Shown here one piece after another: positions 1 to 11,745 of a stretch of DNA of 64,000 bases. Origin of the DNA: Chiloscyllium plagiosum (Eukaryota); contig NC_057711.1 of the NCBI RefSeq assembly GCF_004010195.1, positions 74,462,933 through 74,526,932 on the forward strand, in the 5' to 3' direction. Made by a program: the position numbers and the translations under genes. Below the pieces are notes generated by a model. It saw only the letters and a list, made by a program, of their open reading frames with translations. It was not told the DNA's origin and did not search any database. Positions within the stretch are counted from its first letter, which is position 1; each line of letters starts with the position of its first letter.

Positions 1-700
1 CTGACATATGCTTCCTTCTTTTTCTTAGCCAAAACTTCAATTTATCAATTTATCAAGCATTCCCTACACCTACCAGCCTTTCATTTCACCCTAACAGGAA
101 TATACTGCCTCTGGGTTCTTGTTATCTCATTTTTGAAGGCTTCCTGTGAACATCTGCACCCGCTCAGCTTTTGAAAGCTTATGTCTAATACCGTCTTAAT
201 AAGCCTTCCTCCAATTTAGAACATCAACTTCTAGATCTGGTCTATCCTTTTCCATCACTATTTTAAAACTAATAGAATTATGGTCGCTGGCCCCAAAGTG
301 CTCCCTCACTGACACATCAGTCACCTGCCCTGCCTTATTTCCCAAGAGTAGGTCAAGTTTTGCTCCTTCTCTAGTACGTACATCCACATACTGAACCAGA
401 AAATTGTATTGTACACACTTAACAAATTCCTCTCCATCTAAACCCTTTACTCTATGGCAGTCCCAGTGTATGTTTGGAAAGTTAAAATCCCCTATCATAA
501 CCACGTTATTATTCTTACAGAAAGCTAAAATCTCCTTACAAATATGTTTCTCAATTTCCCACTGACTATTAGGAGGTGTATAGTACAATCCCAATAAGGT
601 GATAATCCATTTCTTATTTCTCAGTTCCATGCAAATAAATTCCCTGGATATATTCCCAGGAATATCCTCCCTAATTACAGCTGTAATGCTATCCCTTATA
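1..700 (-). mobile_element. CR1/HER1-type LINE fragment (ORF2 APE endonuclease region), runs off window start
   Basis: ORF 196..630 has GLYYTPPN, MIGDFNFPNIHW, LDLLLGN and GASDHNSISF APE motifs; collinear in inverted orientation with ~28860-29460. Confidence 0.93.
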
Positions 701-719
701 AAAATAAATTAAGAACGTG

Positions 720-1240
720 AGACGCCTCAAGGATATAGGAATCATGGGATTTCCCCAGGTAACTGGTGCAGCCATCCAAGATGTGGTACTGATGATTATG
801 GATGCCTTTCATGCTGATGGAATTCTACTTTTCTCCAATGATGAACTTAACTACATTATGATATGGCCCTCTCAGTACAATGTGTATTCAGTCTAAAGCT
901 CCATGAACCTGGGAGTGTGTTGTCTATTGTTGAATCCTACTGCCCAGGCTGCAGTATTGACCACATCATGGGTAAGCAAGATCTGGATCAAATGGCATTA
1001 GTCACAGTTTTAATGCAATTGTGGGCAGATGATTGGGCAATCCCACACAGTTCCTCAGCGACCAGTTGCATTAAAGTTCAACTCAGCTGTCACCTTGACA
1101 ACCACCAGGGTAAGATGGCAACATTTTCCTTCATGTTGCTGATCTACTCCAGTAGATCGTGTAGTTGAGTGACAGTGTCCCAAAACATCTTCTCTCTGTT
1201 CTGATGCTGTACCTCACTCACTGGAAGAAATAGCATCATG
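720..1240 (-). pseudogene. Decayed PIF/Harbinger (HARBI1-like DDE) transposase, N-terminal half
   Basis: Manual minus-strand translation across frameshifts: VVVKVTAELNFNATG / ELCGIAQSSAHNCIKTVTNAI / QVHGALD*IHIVLRGP / ISMKGIH..CTSYLGKSHDSYIL, matching Harbinger motifs KVTVALNFYASG, GAIDCTH, NRKGFHS, YPGSCHD. Confidence 0.8.
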
Positions 1241-2215
1241 GATGAGTGTCTCTGGGCTCCTGTCCTCCAGTGTATTTTGAGGGATCTTCAGCTGTGACCT
1301 CATTAGGTGGAGCTGGTTTGGTGGCTGCTGGAGCTTGCTGATGTATCTATTACTCTTCAATCTTTTTGTGCCTTTATTCTGTCATATCAACAGTGATGAT
1401 AATCCCTGGTATGGCCGAATCTATCAGTCACGCTTGTAATGACCTTGAGGGGCAGCAGACTAAACAAAACAGATTCTGACTAATGTGAGTAGTCAGCATT
1501 CACATCTCCTCCAAAGAGATAGTGATCTGAAGCAATCTGAGAAGGACCATGGAATGTCTGTACATGGTGCTTTTACATTGCACCTTATTCCAATGATGCA
1601 TCAACAGCCATGTTGCAAAGTCATGGCGGGAGATAGCAAAAGCTGTGTGAGTACTGAAAAGTTGTCCTTCCAGCTCCACATCACCAAGGAAAAACATCTC
1701 TGCATATATAGGCGATACCCAGGTTGAGAACAGGTTCCATTCTTGAGTACGTCTGTCAGTGTATTTATATGCAAGTTAAACAAAACACAATATATTAAAG
1801 CACAAGGAAATGGTCACACGTTAGGTCATCAACATTAAGATGAATACATTCTTCTATGGGATCTTATTCTCAAGTATGAGCATTTGTAGATCAGAACTTC
1901 ATAAATTAGGATGTAAGCACGTGCTGCAGTATATTTACAATTCAAGATGATTGGCTCCATCATCCAAGGGGGTGCTGAAATGCCTGTTTGAACCTCTGCC
2001 ATCCTTGAGGTCTTTGGTAAACCACAGTTCTGATAGGAAAAGCATTCCAGGAAAGGAACAATAACATGATGATTTAGTGAAAAGTCACAGTAATGAGTGG
2101 CTTGGAGAGGAACTTGCAGGTGATGGTGTTCCCAAGTGTCTGTGGCACTTATCCTTTTAGACAGTAAATGTCACATATTTAGAAGGTGTTTGGAGGAGCC
2201 ATGCCTAGTTACTGC

Positions 2216-2860
2216 GTGATGTACAGGTGCCGGCGTTGGACTGAGGTGGACAAAGTTAAAAATAACCAGGTTATAGTCCAACAGGCTTATTTGGAAGTAC
2301 AAGCTTTCAGAATGCTGCTCCTCTCTCTCCCTCACATGCATGCACACACACACACAAAGATATAAGTCTGTGGGGTGAATTTGCATTTGCAGATTTGCAT
2401 ATGCAGATAGCTTCTATTTTGTTCAAAAAGCACACAATCTCTCAGCAGTCAGTCCATGTGACATTTTATAAATTCCTACTTTGAAAATAGAACCAGTCTG
2501 ACTCAAGATTGGAATACAGATAGACTCTAATCTCACACCATTAATGCATTGTCTGAGCTGAGATGTCACCTTTTTTAATTTAAAACCTTATGTTATCTCA
2601 GGAATGTGACTTGGAAGAAGTTCCAGGATTTACATATTAATCAATCAAAACCTGAAACCCCATTCTAAGTGATTAATGAATAACGACAAACTAGGTTTGT
2701 TCAATACATCGCATCAGTTTTATGACCCTCTGAGTTTTACTATAAATTCTGTGTCCTATGATCCTGCCCCACACGCTCCCTGATGAAGGAGCAGCACTCT
2801 GAAAGCTTGTACTTCCAAATAAACCTGTTGGACTATAACCTGGTATTGTGTGATTTTTAA
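2216..2860 (+). mobile_element. Penelope-type non-autonomous element (family B) with inverted terminal copy and minimal hammerhead core
   Basis: 12-bp TSD cctagttactgc (2204-2215, 2861-2872); ~2255-2321 is an inverted copy of ~2787-2860; CTGATGA-a-ggag.cagca.ctct-GAAA-GCTT at 2780-2808; homologous to 15252-15790. Confidence 0.8.
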
Positions 2861-3067
2861 CCTAGTTACTGCAGTGCATCTTGTAGATGATGTGCACTGT
2901 TGCCAATGTTGTCAGTGGAGAAAGGAGCAGGTATTTAAAGTGGTGGATGAATTGCCAATCATACAGATTGCTTTGTCTTGGATTGTGTCGAGCCTCTTCA
3001 GTGCAATTGAAACAGCCCCCATCCAGGGAAGTAGGAAGCATTCCATCACACTCTTCATTCTTGAGTG

Positions 3068-3375
3068 AAGCAATGGCCTGGTGATATTATCACTGGACTG
3101 TGAATCCAGAGACGTAGGTAATGCCCTGGGCATGCAGGTTTGAATCCTACCAAAGCAGATGGTGAAATTCCAATTCAATAAACATCTGGAATTAAGAGTT
3201 TAATGACCATGAATCCATTGTTGATTGTTGGAAAACTCATCACAAAAGTCCTTTGGGGAAGGAAACTGTCTTCGTTGCCTGGTCTGGCCTACCAGTGACT
3301 CTCAACTGCCCTCTGGGATGGGCCAATGTGGCACTAACTAGTGATATCCTCATTTGTAAATGAATAATAAAAAAA
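3068..3375 (+). mobile_element. tRNA-derived SINE (family 2), partner of LINE family 2
   Basis: A-box-like tggcctggtg, B-box-like ggtttgaatcc, A-rich end; homologous to 36345-36680; 3' tail resembles the LINE family 2 3' end. Confidence 0.75.
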
Positions 3376-4613
3376 TGTGCGTTTTCAACAGTGAATAAAC
3401 TTGGGAGACTCAAGATATACGACAGTTGCTGCAAGATCTTTAGCTTTGAACTACTCTTGTAGCCGCAGCATTGGTATGAAAGGTCTAATCCAGTTCCGGC
3501 CCCAGGATGTTGATAATGTGGGATTCACTGATGGCAATACCATTGAACATCAAAGGGCAATTGTCCAGATTCTCCCTTGTTCGACATGGTCATTAACAGG
3601 TCAGGAAAGTACTTAAAACTTTGAAGGAAAAAATGTGTGTGAGTTGAAATAAATACAGAAAACAGAAAATAATAAGCAATATAAAGATAGCTTAAGGATA
3701 TACTAGGTACCATATGGAAACACAGCTGGATTACTAGCCTTAATATAGAAATGAGCAGGTGCTGAGTTTATGGTGTACACTTCATTTACTTTGCCTGACA
3801 TTGGGTTTGACTTTTTTTACTCATTAAATTGTTACTGTTCTGAACAAAAGGAATTATAATGTTTTCCATACTGCCAATGATTAACTGATTAATTGAATCA
3901 ATGCACAATTCAGGCAATTTCACTTGCCCATCAATGTCATTGGCCTTAAAAAGTATCCTTTTGAAAATGTATTTCAATGCTGTGTGAATGAAGTCTTATT
4001 TGATATGGTTGAAGAGTTCTTGTGAACATTCACGGTAATGCCCTGTTATGCAGAGGTTTGTTATCCTGTGACTGAGTAAAAAAACAAAAAGTGAAATTTC
4101 CAGATTTTAAGAACACAAGATCTTGTGGCTGAGGTAGGCCACTTGGGCCAACTTAATTGATTTGTTTTGAAATCTAATCTTCTTTCCACTGCAGTACAGA
4201 TATTTACATACGTTAATTAATTCCACTGTCTTTTACGATATTCATGTAAGACTAATAATACTGTGATTGCTTGTTTCTGTTCCATCACAGTTTTTGACAA
4301 TTGATATTCATTAGCCTGTTCCGAAACATTCCCTAATAACCATGGACTTCCCCATAATGATATGTCACAAGCACTGCACTTGTCTCTTTCAACAATCTAG
4401 GATAAACATCAACTCGTCAGGAATTTATTTTTTTACAGATAATAGTAGTGCTGGGTGCTGATAAAAAGTTAGGTTAGCAGTAGCAGGACAGAAAGGGATC
4501 TAGTGGTGGTTATTAGGGGATTGGGACGTGAGGCTACTAGGGTTAAGTTGAAGTGATAGCTGAGTCGTTGGAATTATATTAGCAGTTACGGGAGGATAAA
4601 TCTATGGGTAAAT

Positions 4614-4956
4614 AGGTAAAAACAATGACTGCAGATGCTGGAAACCAGAGTCTAGATTAGAGTGGTGCTGGAAAAGCACAGCAGTTCCGGCAGCATCTGA
4701 GGAGCAGTAAAATTGACGTTTCGGGGAGGGGGGGCGGTGCGAGAAGTGGTGGAGATGCGCTGCAGATGCTGGAGATCAGAGTCGAGAGTGTTTTGGGGAG
4801 GGGAGGGGAGTTGAAGTATTCAGCCACAGGGCAGTGGGGTTGGTTAGTGTGGGTGTCCCAGAGATGTTCTGCAAGAAGGCATCCTAGCTCCCCAACGTAG
4901 AGGAGACCACATTGGATGCAATGGATACAGTAGATGATGCTGGTGGAAGTACAGGT
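4614..4956 (-). mobile_element. Penelope-like element remnant: GIY-YIG endonuclease fragment plus two family A terminal pieces
   Basis: 4956->4801 reads TCTSTSIIYCIHCIQCGLLYVGELGCLLAEHLWDTHTNQPHCPVAEYFNSP (GIY-YIG with CxxC); 4614-4726 is a family A terminal unit ending in the GAAACGTC half of the ribozyme. Confidence 0.85.
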
Positions 4957-5029
4957 TATTTAGAACTTGTATTTTCATGTGTTAGGTGCTGTTCCATGGA
5001 GCAATGCCTGCTTTGTGAAGCTGTTGCAA

Positions 5030-5395
5030 CTGGGGTGACCTTACAGAAGTCTATAAAATCATGAAGGGCATAGATAAAGTGGTTAGCTAACAATTTTTTT
5101 CATAGGTTGGCGACTCCAAAACTAGAGGGCATAGGTGTAAGGTGAGAGGGGAAACATTTAAACAAGAATAAGGGGCAATGTTTTCACACTTGGAGTGAGC
5201 TGCCAGAGGAAATGGAAGAGGTGAGTACAATACAACATTTGAAAGACATTTGGACAAGTACATGGATTGGAAAGGTATAGAGGGATATGGACCAAACACA
5301 GGCAAATGGGACTAGTTAAGTTTGGGATATCTGGTTGGCATAGACGAGTAAGGCTGATGGGTCTGTTTCTATGCTGTAGTGACTCTATGACTCCA
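5030..5395 (+). mobile_element. CR1/HER1 LINE 3' end
   Basis: ORF2 C-terminal remnant, 3' UTR stem-loop and (gactctat)n tail. Confidence 0.9.
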
Positions 5396-5423
5396 TCAGT
5401 AAACAATGTTAACAGTGCATTTA

Positions 5424-6790
5424 CATAGAACATAGAACATTACAGCGCAATACAGGCCCTTCGGCCCTCGAAGTTGCGCCGCCCTGTCATACTAATCTGA
5501 AGCCCATCCCACCTACACTATTCCATATACATCCATTTGCCTGTCCAATGATGACTTAAATGCACTTAACTTGGCGAATCTACTACCGATACAGGCAAAG
5601 CATTCCATACCCTTACTACTCTCTGAGTAAAGAAACTACCTCTGACATCTGTCTTATACCTATCTCCCCTCACTTTAAAGTTGTGTCCCCTCGCGTTTGC
5701 CGTCCCCATACTTGGAAAAAGGCTCTCCCTGTCCACCCTATCTAACCCTCTGATTATCTTGTATGTCTCTATTAAGTCACCTCTCAACCTTCTTCTCTCT
5801 AACAAGAACATCCTCAAGGCCCTCAGTCTTTCCTCGTAAGACATTCCTTCCATNNNNNNNNNNNNNNNNNNNNNNNNNNNNNNNNNNNNNNNNNNNNNNN
5901 NNNCCTCACACTTGTCCACATTAAACTCCATTTGCCACCTCTCTGCCCAGCTCTGCATCCTATCTATGTCTCTTTGCAACCTTCATCACTATCCACAACT
6001 CCACTGACCTTAGTGTCGTCCGCAAATTTACTAAGCCCTCATCCAGATCATTTATAAAAATGACGAACAGCAGTGGACCCAACACCGACCCTTGCGGTAC
6101 GCCGCTAGTAACTGGACACCAAGATGAATATGTTCCATCAACTACAACCCTCTGTTTTCTTTCAGCAAGCCAATTACTGATCCAAATTGCTATGTCTCCC
6201 ACAATTCCATTCCTCTGCATTTTGTATAATAGCCTACTGTGGGGAACCTTATTGAACGCCTTACTGAAATCCACATCGACCGGTTTACTCTCATCTACCT
6301 GTTTGGTCACTTTGTTAAAAAACTCAATAAGATTCATTCGGCACGACCTACCTTTCATAAAATCGTGCTGACTGTCCCTGATCAGATTATTCTTTTCTAG
6401 ATGGTTATAAATCCTATCTCTTTTAACCTTTTCCAACACTTTACCAACAACTGAAGTGAGACTCACTGGTCTGTAATTACCAGGGTTGTCTCTACTAACC
6501 TTTTTGAACAAGGGAACCACATTTGCTATCCTCCAGTCCTCAGGCACTATTCCTGTAGACAATGATGATTTGAAGATCAATGCCAAAGGCTCGGCAATCT
6601 CTTCCCTTGCTTCCCAGAGGACCCTAGGATAGATCCCATCCGGCCCAGGGGACTTGTCTATTTTCACACTCTGCAGTATTTTTAATACCTCTTCCTTGTG
6701 AACCTCAATCTCTTCTAGTCTAGATGCAAGTATCTCTGTATCTTCCTCGCTAACATTTTCATTTTCTATAGTGAACACTGTCGAAAAAAG
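5424..6790 (-). mobile_element. 5'-truncated CR1 LINE (reverse transcriptase to 3' end)
   Basis: ORF 5960..6802: [36 protein letters not shown]; frameshift before FADD; (catagaa)n tail at ~5424-5439. Confidence 0.95.
5854..5903. other. Assembly gap (50 N)
   Basis: Run of N inside the CR1 copy. Confidence 1.
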
Positions 6791-7639
6791 GCAATTAGAC
6801 ACGATTTATCCAGGTGCACAGGTATTAGTGTGGCAACATTGGCTTCAGTGGTCAAAGATGTTGTTCTGCATGAAATGGCTTAGAAATAATGTCATACACA
6901 GTTAGACAAAAGATAAAGAATATCAGGGATTGAGAGCCACTGGTGTGCATGTAATGCCCTGAATGGGACTATATGTAACATTTTTGCCCCTTAAATGGCT
7001 TTCCATTGCTGGATTTTTCAGCCCCTTCCCTCACAGTTCAAGGTGCTTATATCACCCGTTTGTGTGGTTTAAGCTGTGGTCTTTCCCAGTGCACAGTTGC
7101 AATTTTAGGAAAATGGAAAGTGACAGCAAGCTTTCGTTGGAAAATAATTTCCTGGTTTCACCTTTATTTATTGGTAAATTCCCTCCTGGTAACACTTCCT
7201 GTGAACCCTGTAGGCTTTATTTGTCAATATGAGCCTGCTCACCCCAACCTCAAAAGACTTTGCCTTGGAGAACTGCCATTAGACTTTGAGATATGGTCAT
7301 TGGCTGGCAGCATATTCAACCTGTTATCTGCATAGACTGTTGGAATATGATGCAATTGTGACCTTTCAATGCTCTTTATGGCAAGACATACACTTCCTCG
7401 ACTTAAGACTGCTGCACCCAACATGCAAAGTGTTCTTTCAACAGAATTGTTCAATGATTTTGGTAAGATGGAAGTGTGGATGCTAATGAGGTGAGTTGTG
7501 GTATTATCAAAATCTTTAACTATCAATAATGACTGTCAATTTGCATTAAGCCACTGCCTAGCAAGAACTCTGCCATGCCACTTGCAAAAGCATAAAAGAT
7601 AGTCTCAGTACCAAGATGACTCTCATAACATTTATGGTC

Positions 7640-10050
7640 AACTTCTGACAAAAGACAGGGTTCGATTAAAAATAGTCAGCATGGTTTTGTCCATGGAAGA
7701 TCATACTTCATAAATTTGTTTGGATTCTTTGATGAAGTGATCATCGAAGGTTGACAAGGGCAGGTTGGTAGACATATTCTATATGGATTTCAGTAAGGCC
7801 TTTGATAAGATTCCACATGGTAGGCTACTCTGGAAGGTTAGAAGGAGCTGGCAAATTGGATACACAATAGGAAGCAGAGGGTAATAGTGGAAGGATGCTT
7901 GTGGAACTGGAAGCCTGCAACTAATGGATTGTTTTAGGATTCAGTGCTGGGCCCATTGCTGTTTGTTATCTGTATCAATGATTTGAATGGAGCCGCTTTT
8001 TTGGATGGAGCCATTTTTGTCAGATTTGTTCAGGAGAGGTTCCTTACTCAGTATGTAGACGGACTGACAAGGGGAGAGGCCATTTTTGATTTGGTGCTCA
8101 GCAACGAGCCAGGACAGGTGTCAGATCTCATGGTGGGAGAGCACTTTGGTGAAAGTGATTACAACTGACTCACATTTAGCATAGCCTTGGATTGGGAAAG
8201 GAGCAGTTACCAAAGGATGATATTTAATTGGGGAAAAGGAAATTATGACGTTATCAGACAGGAGTTGGGAAGACCATTTAAGGATAGGTTGTTGCGAGTG
8301 ATGTATGAATTTGTCCTTCTGAGACAGGTAAGAAGGGGTAAGATTAAGGAACCTTGGATGACGAGAACAGAGGAACTTCTCGTCAAGAGGAAGAAGGCAG
8401 CGTATGTAAGGTGGAGGAAGTAAGGATCTAGCATAGCCTTAGAAGATTACAGGCTTGCTAGAGAGGAGCTCAGAAATGGACTGAGGAGAGCCAGGAGGGG
8501 GCACAAAAAAGGCTTGCCAAGAAGGATTAGGGAGAACCCAAAGGCATTTTACTTATACATGAGGAATAAGAGAATGATCCAGGAGAAGGTAGGGCCGATC
8601 ATGGATAGCGGAGGGAACTTGTGCGTTGAGTCTGAGCAGATAGGGGAAGCCCTAAATGAGTTGTTTGCTTGGTTTTCTGGTCACTCTACTATAAGAAAGA
8701 TACAGAGGATTTGGTGAGGGTGCAAAGAAGGTTTGACTTATGAAGAAAGGTTGAATAAGTTTGGACTTTTCGCTATGGAGAGAAGGAGGAAGAGAGGAGA
8801 CCTGATCGAGGTGTACAAAATAATGAGAAGGATAGATAGAGTCAACAGCCAGAGATTTTTCACCAGGGCAGGATTGACTGGTACAAGGAATCATAGTTTG
8901 AAGATATTAGGAGGAATGTATAAAGGATACGTCAGAGGTAGGTTCTTTACGCAGAGAGTTGTGAATGTATGGAATGCATTGCCAACTGTGGTGGTGGAAG
9001 CAGAGTCATTGGGGACATTTGAGTGACTGCTAGACATGCACATGGATAGCAGTGAGTTGAGGGGTGTGTCGGTTAAGTTACTATATTTTACATAAACCTC
9101 AGCACAACATCATGGGCCAAAGGGTCTGTTCTGTGCTGTGCTTTTCTATGTTCTATGTTCTAAGAATGTACAAGGCATGATTAGTAAGTTTGCAGATGGC
9201 ATTAAAATAGATGGTATTGTGGACAATGAGGAAGGTTGTTAGAAATTGCAGCAGGACCTTGATCAGCAGGGGAAGATACTGAGAAATGGCAAATTGAGTT
9301 TAATATGGATAAGTGGGAGGCCTTGCATTTTGGAAAATCAAATCAATTTAGGAGTTTCAGAGTGAATGGTAAGGCCTTAAAGGCATTTGTGGTACAGACC
9401 TTGGAGTTCAGTTGCACGATTCTCTGAAAGTGGAGTCATAGATAGACAGGGCAGTGATGAAGGCTTTTGGCACATTGGCCTTCATCAGCATAGAGTATAG
9501 AAGTTGGGAAGTGATGGTGCAGTTATATAGGATGTTGGTAAGGCTGCACTTGGAGTTTCATCTTCAGTTTTGGTCACCTTGCTATAGGAAAGTGAAAAGA
9601 GTACAGAAGAAATTTACAAAGAGCTAGGACTTTTTTCTTAAGAACATAGGAGACTGAGGGGTGGGGGAGGTTTATGGAGGTGTATAAGATCATGAGAGGC
9701 TTGGATAGGGTGAATGCATCAGTCTTTTACCCAGGGTTGGGGAATAGGACGAGAGGACGAGAGGACATCAGTTTAAGGTTGGAGGGGAAAGAATAAAAGT
9801 GAATTTGATGGGGAACGTTTTTTCAAAGAGGGTAGTATGCATATGGAATGGGCTGCTAGTGGATGTGGTTGAGGCGGGTACATTAACAACGTTTAAAACA
9901 GCATTTGGATAAATACATGGTTAGGAAAGATTAAGAAGGATATCAGGCAAGTGCAAGGAAATGGGTTAGTGTGTTTGGATGTTTTGGTTGGCATGGACCA
10001 GTTTAGGCCAAAGAGCCTGTCTCACGCTCTCGGACTCTATGACTCTATGA
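7640..10050 (+). mobile_element. Decayed CR1 LINE (RT to 3' tail), split by a nested CR1
   Basis: SQHGF, DFSKAFDKIPH and [14 protein letters not shown] at 7675-7989; resumes ENVQGMISKFADG at ~9163; (gactctat)n tail at ~10034-10050. Confidence 0.9.
7990..9162 (+). mobile_element. Nested, internally deleted CR1 of a different subfamily
   Basis: FLTQYVD..EAIFDLVLSNEPGQV (end of endonuclease), linker to ~8665, then jumps to ORF2 C-terminus (ORF 8733..9026) and (ttctatg)n tail. Confidence 0.85.
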
Positions 10051-10689
10051 CTTGCCTTTACTCAGATTGCTATAGGAATCTGTCCACTAGATTTTATGTC
10101 CAGCCCAAACTTTAAATCTGGCAGATGGACAGCATAACATCCAGCCCAGTGAGAACAGAACTTGAAATCTTTATTAACAGTCTAGATTATAAGACTTTCT
10201 TCCCTTTAGTTCTGCATGCTACAAGAGTAAAATGGCTAGATATTGGGCATAATTAATCAAAGTTGTCCACATTTCTTCCTGTGGTATACATATACATCAA
10301 CTCTGGAACTCCTTGGTTTCAGAGCAGTTTTTTGGAAACTAGGAAGCAATTTACACCCCTCAGGACACAATCAAACTGCAAAAATGATACACACTAGACC
10401 AGCTAATAAGCTGATTGCAAAGGCTCAAGACAGAAATGTAATAGATTGATGGCTTGGTAATTAGCATGGTGAGACAATCAAAATTACTTAAATCTATTAT
10501 TTGTGTGAAATAATTCACATAAACAGAATTCAAACAATTTGCTTTAAAGTGGCCAGAGTTGTGGATCAATTTCTTTAGATCGTACACCGATTCCTTTCCC
10601 ATTAAAATATTGGCCCCGACATTTTCTTTCAAGGCAGTTATGTCGGGTTACCAGGAAGAAAAAAAAATCACTCAGTACATCTGAAAATC

Positions 10690-11260
10690 ACTGGCGAGGT
10701 CAGCATTTATTGCGCATCCCTAATTGCTCTTTGAAGTTGCTGCTAATCTGCCGTCTTGAGCTACTGCAATCTGGGTGTTGTATATATGCCCACAGTGCTC
10801 TTCGGGAGAGTTTTCCAGGATTTTGACACAGTGACAGTGTAGGAATAACAATATTGTTCCAACTCAGGATAGTACACGGCTTAGAGGGAAACTAGCCTGT
10901 ATCTTGCAAGAAACTTTGTATGTATCTGCTGCCCATATCTTTTTAGGTGGCACAGTTAATGAAATTGGAAGATGCTGTCTAAGGAGCCATGAGGTATTGC
11001 ACTGCATCTTGTAGATAATAAAGGTTGCTGGCATTGTGCTTTGGTGGTGAGGGTAGTGAATAATGAATGTGTTAAATGTGGCACCAGTAAAGTGGGCTGC
11101 TTTGTCCTGGATGGTGTTGTGCGTCTTGAGTGCTGTTGGAGGGACACTCATCCAATGTAGTGGAGATTATTCCATCATATACGTGACTTGTGGCTTTTAG
11201 ATGCACATGGACAGGCTTTAAAGAGTCAGAATCAGAGTTACTTGCTACAGAAGTCTCAAT
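10690..11260 (-). mobile_element. LINE family 2, 3' end
   Basis: ORF 10864..11151 PTALKTHNTIQDKAA; tail (revcomp) gggatgcgcaataaatgctgacctcgccag. Confidence 0.75.
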
Positions 11261-11390
11261 TGCTCTACAATTCCAACCTATCTAGAAAAAACTACAGTGT
11301 GGGAGGTTAGAGAATCATGCATGAATCTATGACTGACATCTTGACATCTGCTATATTAAATTTACCCAGTAATTGTTTTCCTATTATGCT

Positions 11391-11745
11391 TTGATTGATT
11401 GATAAATATATTTATTGTCACTTGTACGGAAGTACAGTGAAAAGCTTTGTTTATAAGCAGTATAGGCAGATCATCGTAAGCAAAGATGTACAGAATATAA
11501 GATTCACTTCGACGCATACAGATAACATTACACAGGGTATAAAAGAGAGAACAAAGTTAGCAAGATTAGCATTATTTGAGGCCAGAGAGTCCATTTAATA
11601 GTTTAATAATGGCTGGGAAGAAGCTGCCCTGAACCTACTGCTGAATGTGTTCAAGCTTCTGTATCTCTGATGGAAGCAGTTGTAGGAGATCATTAGCGGG
11701 GTGTGAAGGGTCTATCATGATGTTGGCAGCCTTTCTGCGGCAGCT
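11391..11745 (-). mobile_element. Rex1/Babar-type LINE 3' end
   Basis: Minus translation CRRKAANIMIDPSHPANDLLQLLPS / RYRSLNTFSSRF / SFFPAIIKLLNG; 3' UTR cttttcactgtac..gtgacaataaa plus (caat)n tail. Confidence 0.8.

Larger units (their letters stand above)
1960..3600 (-). mobile_element. Old LINE family 2 (CR1/L2-group) 3' region, interrupted by a Penelope-type element and a SINE
   Basis: Encodes SVMECFLLPWMGA..LKRLDTIQDKAICMIG (ORF 2912..3178); homologous to 10690-11260, 22095-22680, 50255-53640, 55610-56050. Confidence 0.75.

Noticed and set aside
5566..5979. Apparently continuous 137-aa ORF
   Set aside because: Spans a 50-N gap; by comparison with 52534-52881 roughly 300+ nt of CR1 is missing, so continuity is an assembly artefact
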